A DNA stretch of 63,988 nucleotides, counting the filler, from Dimargaris cristalligena (Eukaryota), in assembly GCA_003614675.1 (NCBI GenBank). It is 3 parts of 3 records of this genome, joined end to end, with 100 filler letters (N's around TTAATTAATTAA, not from the genome) between each part and the next. Parts side by side here need not be neighbours in the genome. Positions count along the whole stretch, not along the records: positions 21,726 to 43,327 come from ML002659.1; positions 43,428 to 63,988 come from ML002693.1; 1 more part is not named here. The stretch is one strand, 5' to 3'. The notes below the pieces were generated by a model. That model searched no databases, was not told where the DNA came from, and saw nothing but the letters and a program-made list of their open reading frames with translations. The position numbers were made by a program, and so were the translations under genes. Positions 36,243-48,007 of this stretch are shown piece by piece (within the stretch, counting starts at the first letter, position 1; every line of letters begins with the position of its first letter).

Positions 36243-38747
36243 TTAGGTAGGATAGCGAAAGCCGTTGGGGGGGCGAGGCTTGAGCGGTCTCCTTAATTTG
36301 ACCAAAGAAGGAAGACTTCCGGTACCTCCAGTTATCAATGTCGCCACTAGGTTTCTTTTGCCGATGGACCGGGTGGGACGGCTGAGGAGGACGGCAGCCA
36401 GGCTGCAATGTATCAAGAAGACCAACTGAAATCCCCGGTAAAATAGGCGGGTCCTCGCTTAAGTCCAATCGGCTATTTTCTCGACGAAGAAGGAATTTCA
36501 TGGTTAAGCCTGTAACCCCAACTATCAATAGGCACACAGCATTACCCACGTGGCTTGCCAGATACAGAGGGGCCTCCCTGTTCCGATACATCTGGCCAGC
36601 AATCAACCCACCGATATTATCCACGGATATGACAAAGGCCATGGCCACGGCACGCTGGGTCTTGTCGGGTACATTACCGGACAGCCAAGCCGTATTTAGG
36701 GCGACGAACCCATTGGCACCCGAGACCACCAAAAAAAGCATCAGGTACTTCGCTACCCGGTGGGTGATTATTGTCACTAGCAGGAATCCCAGGGCACCCA
36801 GCCAGGCCACCAGGGAAAGGTGGATGCCGCGTTCGTTGACTCGGTCGGAATGGTAGGCCACGGCGATCATGAAAATAGCACCACAGACATAGGGAGGTAC
36901 AGTTAGTAGCTGGGCTGTCAAGTTGTCAAAACCCAGTTCTTTAATAACGGTCGAAAGAAGGAACTGGGTGGAATAGGAGGGGATGACCGAACAAATGCCG
37001 ATAAGGGAGTGGAGGTAGCATCGGTAATTCAAAAATACCGCAACAACGGCGGTGATATTGGACTTTGTACGGGGCTAGATGCGACAGGAATCATGATTTG
37101 CAGGTAAAGGCAGCCCAGATTGCGTAGTAGGTGGCGATATAGTCGAAGACTGTTGAGATAAATGGAGGCCTGTATTCCCATATTCCTCCGTCTTCTCGTC
37201 TCCTTCGATGCGAGCATGCCAGAAGGCCTGCTCGTTCGGGGATAACCATTTCACTTGTGTCGGTCCATCGGGAAGAAAGAGCACCAGACAGACCCCCATA
37301 ATTACAGTTGGTATGCCTTCCAGCAGAAACAGCCAGCGCCAAGCGGCTAAATCCCCGACTCCTTCCATATGTCCGATGGCGAAGGCTAATATACCGCCCA
37401 GAGCACCCGCCAAAGTGATGGCGCTAAAAAAAATGGCCATGCGAATGGCAATTTCAGTGGGGCGGTACCAGTAGGTGAGGAAATATAGTACTTCGGGCAC
37501 GAAACCCGCCTCCGCGGCACCCAGCAGGAATCGGATAATGAGGATACTGGCCGCGCTGCTGTTGGCTGCCATGCACGAGGCGAGGATACCCCAGCAAATG
37601 GTGATGAACCCGAGCCAGTGGGACGGCCGAAGCCGCTTAAGCACGAGGTTGGATGGGATTTCCAGAAGGACGTAGCCTATACGGTTCAGCATCATTTTCA
37701 AAGGGGTATTTTAACCATAAATAGGCGAATAAGTCAATGAGGAGCAGTAAGTATCCGTTATTGGATGGTTGTAAAGTTGTAGGTTTAGAATTGCAGATCG
37801 GAGCCGGGTGCGTTCCACCGGTGATGAAGGCATAGTGATACACAAACACACTTATAAATACGGCCAGTTAATTATTTAGCAGTAGGTTTTTTATGAGGTG
37901 AAGTTGACCAGGTGGACTGTTGAGTAGATGCGGGTTTGGTCCGAGTGACCTCCGTATATATGCCCAACATGATTCAGCAATGCAAGGCAGCACCCGCCAC
38001 CCATGCCGAGCACTCCTGGCCAAAGGATATACTCAAACCAGTTTTAATATGATACAGTTCATTACAATAAAATCGATGCTGGCTTTCTGATAAATAAGAT
38101 GGAAAGGCTCCATGAATATTCGGCCTGGCTGAGGTTCAAATCGGATTCCAGATGTAACAGTTTGGAGTTTCCTATGGAGGGTTGGGATTATAAGAGCCAC
38201 ATACATGTATATATACATACTATTAGGCGATATTCGAATAATGCGAGAAATCCGGAGTAATGCCTGTGGTAAATGGGGTAATTGGATATCAGCTGGTTTA
38301 CGGTTTCCATTCTATAAAGGCTGTGGTTGGATTGAGATGGCCTGAGTGGCCCCTATAGATAGGCCAGTTTATTGTAATGGCCCATTATTACATATGTAAG
38401 TACGAGTTGACAGTCAACTGACACCCGCCGGCTGATAGTTCTGCCGCTTGGAGAATCTTTTAAAACCCTTATCATGCCATTCAACAGGGTGGATAGCATG
38501 GGTCATGAATGCCCAAGGGGGTGTAATAAGTCAGTGGGTATAACGTACCTATATTAGTTCGGTCTAGAACATTGCACGCGTACGTCAAGGTCAAAAGGGG
38601 CAGAGCACGCCAATCAATCTTTCTTAAGATCCGGGCCGACTCATTGTATGACTTGTCGTGCTGTACTTCAGGCTTAGCATGGATCACGATGACCTTGTCG
38701 TCATGAATATCTTCAACACGCTTGTCCTGTAGTTCGTTTCTGTCCAT
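36243..38747 (-). pseudogene. Tandem paralog of the ACS-family MFS transporter, disabled
   Basis: Same exon layout (38747-38549, 38171-38088, 37676 onward). Intron-2 donor reads GA instead of GT, there is an in-frame TAG at 37077-37075, and the homologous C-terminus (FRYPT*) is in a shifted frame. Confidence 0.85.
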
Positions 38748-40164
38748 TGTTTTTAGGGCAGATGGGGGGGGGTAGACCGGGTAATGGTGAAATCGAGCGA
38801 TGTGATCCGCCAATCAGCCAAATTAACATGCACTGTTTGAATATGGGTAATATAATAACAACAATGGATCGAGTTAGGGACAAACTGCAATAGTATATTG
38901 TTGGGATGGCGCGAGCCCCTGTCGGCTTGCATCTAAGGTTAAATACTCAGACAATGGGAATCGAGTAAGTAATAGAAGTGAAAAGGGACGAGTATTCTGA
39001 CCAAGAGATAGTTCAACAGAGGTGAAGCTGACCTCATTGGCCGTGGGCCTGCCTGCACTTTTATAGATTTATTATATGGCTTTTTCACACTAGTGTTCCT
39101 ACGGTTGGGTTTCAGGAGACACTGGTCACTGCGATTGATACTTGGCACATCTAAGGGGTGGGTGGCGGGTCTACCATTTGGCGAGTGAGAGCCAGGTAAA
39201 TAAACTGTGGATTAGTGAACAAACTCGTTTTTTTAATATAGGCCATCCTATTTTTTGATCCCGTGTTCGCAATGCTCCCTGAGATATTATTTTTGTATTG
39301 TAATTATAATTACACGCTAGAATGCCAATTAACTATGGGATTGGCCTCATGGGTCTCAGCAATTTGGTTTGGGTGACTGGGCCTTATCGAACTCCCCGCC
39401 ATGTCATACGGGGGGGATGGATTATACTGGAGTACTGTTATGTATGTAGCTCCTTCGGGCTTTTATTTTTCCGACTACAGCAAAAGGAGTAAAAGGGTGA
39501 GTGTTGTACGCCAACTCTCCGACAGCGTCTCATGGCAGGGTTTATCCGGTGGATCACGGGTATAGTTACTCGTCTCGACTAAGAAGCCAGGTTGGTTATA
39601 CCAGGGAACCATGATTGAGGAGAGGTAATACGTTCAGAATCGCTCGGACACTAGGTCATGGAAGCTGCCAAGGGGATTTCGCGGCTATTTGATTTCAACC
39701 CAGCTGATGTAATACACAGTGCCTACTGGTTTTCTCCGTGCAAATGCAGTGTTGTTGGTAATGGGGCATGTGAGTATCACGTGTATGGGAAGACTGCGTT
39801 TGTATGGGAACGGTGAGCTGTACCCGCTTACATTAGCAGCCTATATACTCTTACATTGCGGCCCACCATATCGAACAGAGGGGAATGCCACAATATGAAT
39901 ACAGTGCGCTGGTTATGAAACATAGAAGAAGTGGTCAATTATTTTAAAGCGGTTGAATTTCCCCGACTTATTTATGAATGACAGGCCACATGGCTTCGAG
40001 GCGATGGGTGCCCGGAAGACACACTAGGGGCTTCCTTAGCTTTCGTCCTCTTTCCGTGCATTTACCATACCTTCCATTCGACAACTCTCCTTCCACAGTT
40101 CGCTTTGCCTACTTTCTACTCCCTGGTTTTTTTTCCTTCTCTACGCTTTTCTTTCTCCATCACC

Positions 40165-41549
40165 ATGAGCACCACCAGCACTTCTCCATCCTCACCCCCG
40201 GCTCGGCAAGCTATTCAGAAAACCCTCCATAAATCGTACCTCTCCGAAACTAGTCTCTCGGCCGTCTTTCGCCGCTCTCGGACTGTTCAGGGGGGCCCCG
40301 CCACGGTCACCCCACCCACCAGCGGCGGCAAGGCCCAGTCCGGACTTCGGAAGAAGACTCTGGTCCTCGACTTGGACGAAACCCTCATCCACGGCACCCT
40401 CCTGTGCTCGTCCGGGTCTTACCACCAATTAGTAGAGGTCGTGGTGGACAATGTCTCGTGCCTTTATTATATTTACAAACGCCCCCATGTTGACTATTTC
40501 CTCAAGAAAGTATGTTTAATAGGTGCTCGATGCTCCCTTTGGAATGTTCCTTTGTCCTACCTTTTATATATAAATATAGAATACCCGAAAGGTCACATTT
40601 CACCGGCTAGTACCAATCACTAACCACTACTTGTCTGCCCCCCACGACTGTTATGTATCTTTTCCAAAATACCCTGCATGCGCCTTTGTCCCGTGATAGG
40701 TTAGTGAATGGTATAATATCGTTATTTATACAGCGTCTATCGTCGAATACGCCGACCCTGTCATTGACGCCCTTGATCCTAACGGAACCATGATTCAACG
40801 CCGCTATTTCCGAGAAGTAAGTTGGAGCCCCACTATCCGAGCGGTTCTGCATTAATTGTCAATCCCGCTTCGGTATTCAGTCAAAACACTCTAATATTGG
40901 CCCTGGGCTTCTAGATATTTCCCGCTATTACTGCTGTATAATCCCTTAATTATAATTTTGTCGCATCAGCTCAATATAACTAACCGAGTTTGTACACTTC
41001 ACTGCACCATATTCGTAATACCATTTAGTCGTGTATTCAGCGGGGCAACAATTTTATCAAGGATCTCTCGATGATTGAGTCCGATTTGTCGCATGTTTGT
41101 CTAATTGATAATTCGCCTGCATCGTACGCTTTAAACAGAGGTGAGTTCATAGGCGCGTTTCACTTTACCCGGAGGTCTCTGGGACTCAGGAGTGATGGCT
41201 GCACCCAATTACTTAAACCCGTATTCGGCACAAGCGATCCTATAGCCCCGGCAGAGGCCTTACCTCTCGCTCTCTTGCTCTGTCTATATATGGTACTAAC
41301 AGGTTTAACAAACCACCCTAACCACGCGATCATTATATCAATTCATCACTTCCTTCTGACACCCATCCCTTAATTTTCCTGAGTATAGAAAATGGCATTC
41401 CGATCTTGGCGTGGTACAATAATAATTCTAACGATGAGGCCCTATTGGACCTACTTCCCTTTCTTGATGCACTGCGGTTCACTCAAGATATTCGGTCCAT
41501 CCTGGGCTTCCGACTGTTTTCCGAGAGAAAGAGCCAAACCACCAATTGA
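40165..41549 (+). CDS. NEM1: Nem1/CTDNEP1 (Dullard)-like FCP/SCP HAD phosphatase; 5' end uncertain
   Basis: Exons 40165-40509, 40700-40816, 41029-41140, 41389-41549. Motifs DLDETL, KRPHVDYFLKKVSEWY, TAS..EYADPVID, IDNSPASY and LLPFLDALRFTQDIRSILG. Confidence 0.88.
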
Positions 41550-43193
41550 ATGGGGGCTATTATGCGGGTACCAGGCGAATTTATCCACTGATTCTTGGTG
41601 TGCGTGACTGTATATCCGGGCAACAAATGCATTGACTGTAATAGTCCCGGTGGCACAACGGCCACTGAAATGATACCCATTTACCACTATATCGTGTGCC
41701 GTTTTCCTTGAAGCTGGTATTGGGTATCGTTGCCACAAGCCCCCTAAGTATATTATAATTATCTATTATCTCTAAGGAGAAAGTGTGAGCGAGTGTTTTG
41801 CTACACCCTAAAGTTTTTTCGCCCATTGGCATATTATTACTTACGGTTCTATTAATTTTTGTATTATAAATATATTCTACGTTCATGGTGTGTTCGGTAT
41901 CTACTATACTCCCTTTCTTTGAGCAGCAATAATGGCCATTTTACGATCAATATTACTCATAATCATGGGGCAGGCCTACTTATTGATCGACTTGCAATAG
42001 TAATTTGGGGTTCATTTTTTTTGGGTCAACCAATCGGATACTTTTAATACTTTTAGTGCTACTAGCTATTTGGCTAATGTGAGTAGCTAGTGCACCTAAC
42101 AAAGCACCCCTTTATTCCAACATCCTTACACCTCAGATTTCTCAATTTTCGCTTGCTGTTTCCACTCTAAATAATTGCACACTCCTAACCCATCACGCTC
42201 TAATTTAGTAATATAAATAGGGATATTCAATTCAGCTATTCACCAATACAAAATGATTAAAGGCGGTTAAATTATTTTACCAACAATAGATGTCCCATCC
42301 CCATTACCACAAAAAACCCGTTCATTAACTTATCCTGGCATGTGGACCGTCGTTCGTATATACTAACAAATTATTCGACTCCTCGATTAAATAAGTACTG
42401 GATAGTATATCTTAGTTAATATTGGGTAGCTGGCGTTGGCGACGTCTTGCATATAAATTAGGCCTGTGTGGTCGCTGTGCTACATGCTAGGGCCCGCTTG
42501 GATATTGGACCTACTCCACAGATTAATAAAACTGTGCCAACAGCTAAGAGCCAACAGGGCATGGTATGTAATATTTTTTATGCGGACTAATTCCTCAGAT
42601 ATCCTGGACCAAAGGGTAAGTTCCTTAATAAGTAGCTGGGAATACCAAATATTTGCCATTGGAGCTGGGATTGGGATTGGATAATACACGTACTAATAGT
42701 AAAGAATAGGGGCATTAAGATGAATTGTGGAATTGGTGAATACTGGCATGTTAGCTGCATGTGTAACTATAAATATATATAAATAAGTATTTCTAGTCAA
42801 ATATTAAAAGGCACCTTCCTTGTGGTGGTTATTGCCACCTCCCTTCCAAAGGTTATATGTCTATATAGCAAATGCTATGCTACCTCCTTAATCTGATTTG
42901 GTAAAGTGCAGCATAAAATATATGAGGAAAGCTAAGTCAGAAATGTTTAAATAAACTAATCCAGTTGGAGTTAGAGTCAGACTATAAAATTGCAATACAC
43001 AGCTATAGGCATTACATTGAGTCAGTTTTAGTAGAATTGATGGCTTCATTGGAAGTACCAGTTTCTAGAGGCCATTAATGGCAAAAATAAGTATAAATGG
43101 TACCTAATGTAAAACCATTAATTTAATTTTTATTGGACTAAATACAAGTTCAACTGATAATTTAGGTATAATTATTTAAAAAACCAATGCTTT

Positions 43194-43327
43194 TGTCACC
43201 TGGGTTAACCACTCTTAGTCTGTCAAGAGTCCCAAGGATAGGCTTCTAATGGTAGGTGGGGCTTAGACTCAGCCAAGTGGGCTACTAGCATTAGGATGGG
43301 GGTGTAGTACTAACCAATAAAGGATAA
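43194..43327 (+). mobile_element. LTR family A 5' part, truncated by gap
   Basis: TGTCACCTGGGTTAACCACTCTTAGTCTGTCAAGAG..., homologous to 19492-20080. Confidence 0.88.
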
Positions 43328-43427
43328 NNNNNNNNNNNNNNNNNNNNNNNNNNNNNNNNNNNNNNNNNNNNTTAATTAATTAANNNNNNNNNNNNNNNNN
43401 NNNNNNNNNNNNNNNNNNNNNNNNNNN
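43328..43427. other. Assembly gap with TTAATTAATTAA linker
   Basis: 44 N + TTAATTAATTAA (43372-43383) + 44 N. Confidence 0.98.
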
Positions 43428-43750
43428 TAGTTTCCCCTCAGGACCTCCCTTGGAGTAGTCCCCCACATATATATAACCAGGCCCCCCATGGGGACCGGTT
43501 AATACCTTAGCTTATTCTTACCCCCCTTAGTTTACCCTCAATAAACTCTATATACGCTCACCCCCTTGTACTGACTAGTAAGTGTGCAACAGTACACGTC
43601 CCCTGCATACACATTGGACACTCGCTTTATTAGATTAGTACAGCCCACCCTAATGCTAGCAGCCCGCTTGGCCATGTCAATGCCCCACCTACCATTAGAA
43701 GCCTATCCCCAAGACTCTTGATGGACTAAGAGTGGTTAATTCGTGTGACA
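43428..43750 (-). mobile_element. LTR family A 5' part, inverted, truncated by gap
   Basis: Reverse complement begins TGTCACACGAATTAACCACTCTTAGTCCATCAAGAG at 43750. Confidence 0.88.
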
Positions 43751-43906
43751 AGTGGATAGAATTTATCAATAAAGGGACCTAGGAAACACTTATAAATAAT
43801 AGGTATATAGCCATTAATTATATGATACTTTTTTATTATACATGGCGGATAGGCGATTTTGGGGCAATCAGAAGCTGCCAGTTACCCAAAATTGTGGCGC
43901 CGGATT

Positions 43907-44801
43907 TTAGGAGGGCAATGTAGAATATGAGTTTGTTGGTCGTGTAAATGCCTATAAAATGCATGCCAATGGATGGCGTGGTAAGTGTTTCAAGTAGGGA
44001 ATACAAAATTAAATACATAAGATAATGCCGGTTGGTTAGATGCTGGGCAAGTTGACTGCGCTATAATTAATGACAGTTAAGGTTTTGCCATGCCTATTGT
44101 GGAAACTAATCTACTCGATATGGTCAACACGGACAACAATGTATGGGGCCGGAGTATTCCTCTACTTCATGGATGCATGGATTGACTTACATTGTATCGC
44201 TTAACTATGAATGGTTTAGCTAGTGCAGTGAACAGCAGCCCCCCGGTAAGCAACAGAAAAATCCACACAATGATTTCGTCCTTGTACGAGTCGCGCTGGA
44301 AACATGACACGGAAATCGTTTCCCCCGTTCCGGCACCTTCGCACAGGGTCGGTTCCAGTTTGTTACAGAAGGCCTTGGTGCATTTGTTACAGGCGTCTTT
44401 CTCGGGGACCGGGGAAATGGGGATAATGGTGATGTTCTGGCCGCAGAGACACTTGCAGAAGGAAATGGGGTTAGCGGCGTGGACGAGGAGGGGCTAAGGA
44501 AGGATAGGATAGTATAGGATATGGAGGGTAATCAGGTGATGCATAGAGAGTGGGAGATGAATAGACTGAGTTGGGATGGACCCTTCCTACAGACCTCTAA
44601 GTAAGTCGCCCATGTCGGTATGGACTACATTTTGTAGGGGGCGGAGAGTAATGGTAGGAAATGTAGGAAAGATGAGCCATTGTGCCATGATATGAGGACT
44701 TCCAATCAGAAGCAAAGCGGATGGCGTTAACTTACAGCAGGTCCGAATAGGTGAACCAAGCAACCAATGAGGATTATATAAGCGAGCGAGAACGGCGACA
44801 T
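43907..44801 (-). CDS. Small Cys-rich single-pass membrane protein of unknown function (about 137 aa)
   Basis: Exons 44801-44736, 44493-44191 and probably 43951-43907 (last exon least certain). Signal peptide, FCKCLC..N.TI...C..CT..FC...C...CFQRDSYKD, a TM helix and a short tail ending YSTLPS. Confidence 0.75.
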
Positions 44802-46690
44802 GGCGGGGGTTAAAAGGAGGGCTGTTAACCGCGTTTAAAGAACTACTGGAACATAAATATAGATAGTAGAAGAGGGGTAAAAGGCGGCTCATCAATGAGA
44901 TGCCGAATGCTGTTGTCCATGGGCTTACGAGCTATGTAGAACCAGCTCCCTCCCCCACTCTAACAATGACCTCCTTCACCCAGTAAATATGACAGGTTAA
45001 ATGTAAGGTTTCCCCATACTCACTAGTAGTGGGGCGCCTCCCCCCCATCTCTCTCTCTTACGCTTTGCTTAGTGTACTGGTAATATTTTGGCTGTAGACT
45101 TTGAGTATAAGGGGTTTAAAAACCCAGCGGCATCTTTATATGATGATGACCCAACTACCCCGGTTTTGATGACGGAGAAAACTTAATCTATTTATTCGGC
45201 AATGGGTCTGCATCTAACCCTTGTAATGCCCGCAACTTTGGATTTCAAATTGTTCCACCCTTACTACCTATTAGACCGCATGCTATTATAACCGAATCCG
45301 ACCGGGTAGGGCCTAGGGGGCGTGTTACCGTAGATGGGGTTCCGAGTGGGGAGAGTAAGCAAACTAACGAGTAAAGTATAAATTATGAGTTTATTGAATT
45401 ATGTCGAACCCAGGCTTTCCGGTTGGATAGGCCGGTTTTATATGTCCTCAGTTGGTTCCTCTGGCTCAGTTGAGTCGGCTATTGCACGTGCTACATTGGA
45501 CCGGGGATCTGGAGAGGGGGAGTCACGTGAGGGGTCAGGGGCTCCAAGGATCCCTCGATCTGATGGTTGCACTATCACCACTTGGACTATTAACTACGAC
45601 GAAATGGGCCAACTATTCGTTGGGATTAATCTGGATAACCAGTAGAAAGCCCTAATGTCATCAACCAACAGCACTGTAGTAGCCCTGGACCAGCAACTGG
45701 CTAATGATATGTGTAGAAGACCAATATATGGGGAGATATGTAAATGTATATAGGAAAAGGGGGTGTAGCAATGGAAATAAGCGACCAAGTGAGAGGTGAT
45801 ATACCCAAGAATGGGAGGAGAGGAGAAAGTGAGAGAGAACGCCCCTGAGTAACAGTAACCACGCGTTAATTGCACAAGTGGTTACCGAACTATGATTAAT
45901 TGCACCTATAATAAAACACCGAAAAAGAAGGCAAAGCGGGACTTAACATAACCCGGAGCAGCGGCAAGGCTGGGGAAGGAAAATAAGGAATCATTCATAA
46001 TGATACTCGTCAGTATTAAATATAGCAGTAGTAGAAGGTCACCAAACGCAACACTGATCCGGGTGAATAGATGACTATTTAAACCAGAAACTGTGCAATA
46101 GACTAATTTAGGACGTGGATGAAAAGAGGTTTTCAGTCAGCAGCTTATGGAATTCGCGTCAATGAACGGCCATGTACATAGACAGGCTGGTGACTACGTC
46201 CCGGTCTTGGTGAAAGGGAAAGGGGCGCCTACATTACTGCAACGGCCGACGCTATTGGAGTGGGCAGTTTGGGCAATTACGGAACTAAATAAACCACGCA
46301 ACATCTCCCCTCTCCTTCTATTAGCTAAATTGGTTCGAAATAGGCTAGCACGGCAGGGGGCCACCCCTAGGATAAACACTAATGGAAACTTAAAATAATC
46401 CCAGACGCGCTAGATGATAGATGGTAGATGTAGGTATGTATGTATATATATAGTGAGGGGGTGGTAGAGACGGACCCGGAGTAGGTGTATAAAACAATTA
46501 TATATTAATTAATGGAAGAAGAAGAAAGAATAATCGCTACTCCCAGCCAGACCCCATAATCATCCCGAAACTATCGTAGTGGTAATAATCGCGCTAGAAA
46601 TATTTCAGCCCGACTTGGCCCCTGGGCTTCGCCGCACTCTCTCTCTCTCTCTCTCTCTTTAGAGCGGTGGGGTTAAAACAAGGGTAGGTG

Positions 46691-48007
46691 TTAGTTACGG
46701 TCCGGGGCATGGAAGCTCGTCGGCCGGGGGGCAACCATTTGGGTGAGGGCTTCGATATCATCGTCCGACACGTAAGGGGGGTTAAGCGGCGACGCGGGCA
46801 AGGACGTGTTCAAGGCCTGGTTATAGACGAACAAGCCTCCGCTGGGGGACACGGGCCGGCTGTGGATGGGACTATTCGACGAGTTGAGGGAGTAGGCCAG
46901 GTTGGTCGGGTCGAGCTGGAGGTTGCTAAAGCCCAATGAGGGGGAATTGCCGCCCAGAGGCGAGAAGGTAGCGGAGATGGGGGACTGGTCACCGGCCCCG
47001 CCGGTGGGAGTGGATAAACCCGAGAGACTATTATAGTGGTGGGTAAGGTTGAGATTCTGGAGCGGGGTCCCGTTGGCGGAATCGTGACTGGTGACCAGAA
47101 TCTGGGGCCGGTCGGTATCGTTGAGGACAGCCGCGGCGGCCAGGTGATTAGCCTGGTTGGCCATGACCAGTTGGTGCAGCTGGAGATTAGCGGTCAGCAG
47201 TTCCAGTTGGTCGTTGGGTACGGTCAGGCCCTGGTTCCGCAGATGGTCGACCAGTTTCCGGTGGGCGGCCATCTGGACATTGAGGTGTTGTTTGACGTCA
47301 GTTAATTCGCGCACCACGGCGCCATAATTGGTCAGCAGCTGTTTGATCTGCTGGGTCATGGTGCTTTGTTGGTTCTGCACCAAAGCTACACTCGCGTACA
47401 GGTCGCCCGTTTCCCGCCGGGTCGAGTCGGTATCAATGGCCTTGCGTTTGATTTCATCGAGCAGTTCCGGGTGGCCCCGGATAAAGCGCGGGTGCGAGAA
47501 CTCCCAGATTTGGTTTTCCGCTGCGGGACGCTGGCCCCGGGGGGATTTGTTGATTTTGTGGAAGCCGTACATGTTGAGTTGGCGCACGAAACTCTGGAAA
47601 TTGCCGTGCTTGAAATGCTTGGGCAGGACTTCCTGGGAGAGCCGATTGGTGTCGCAGACCACGAACGAGGAGCCCGAGGCGTTCCAGGTAATTAGGTGCT
47701 GGTAGTGCTCGTCGTTGACCATTTCGTGGAGCTTATGCACGAAGGTGTTGGAGTTGTTGGAGGGACGGCCCGACGGTGAACTGGGCGAGGACGAGCGGCG
47801 TTCGTGGACGATGCCCTGGGGCTGTAGGTGCTGCTGCATCTGTTGCTGTTGTTGTTGCTGTTGCTGTTGTTGTTGTTGTTGGGCATTGCCGAACATGGTG
47901 TTAAGGAACTGGGGTTGAAAGTCGGGACTGACTCCCAGCACAGGACTCCGGGAGTACGGAGAGTTGGGTGACGGGGGTTGGAGCTGGTTGTTATGAGGGT
48001 TATTCAT
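46691..48007 (-). CDS. HSF-type DNA-binding transcription factor with polyQ, 438 aa, intronless
   Basis: FVHKLHEMV...LPKHFKHGNFQSFVRQLNMYGFHK...WEFSHPRF, followed by a coiled-coil-like segment; CAA/CAG repeat near 47830-47881. Confidence 0.93.
   Translation of the reverse strand: MNNPHNNQLQPPSPNSPYSRSPVLGVSPDFQPQFLNTMFGNAQQQQQQQQQQQQQQMQQHLQPQGIVHERRSSSPSSPSGRPSNNSNTFVHKLHEMVNDEHYQHLITWNASGSSFVVCDTNRLSQEVLPKHFKHGNFQSFVRQLNMYGFHKINKSPRGQRPAAENQIWEFSHPRFIRGHPELLDEIKRKAIDTDSTRRETGDLYASVALVQNQQSTMTQQIKQLLTNYGAVVRELTDVKQHLNVQMAAHRKLVDHLRNQGLTVPNDQLELLTANLQLHQLVMANQANHLAAAAVLNDTDRPQILVTSHDSANGTPLQNLNLTHHYNSLSGLSTPTGGAGDQSPISATFSPLGGNSPSLGFSNLQLDPTNLAYSLNSSNSPIHSRPVSPSGGLFVYNQALNTSLPASPLNPPYVSDDDIEALTQMVAPRPTSFHAPDRN

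Noticed and set aside
37075..37077. In-frame stop as possible recoding (selenocysteine or readthrough)
   Set aside because: It is TAG, not TGA, and the same gene has a broken splice donor and a frameshift; pseudogenisation is simpler.
47715..47918. Poly-Cys ORF resembling a metallothionein
   Set aside because: Antisense reading of the HSF polyQ codons.
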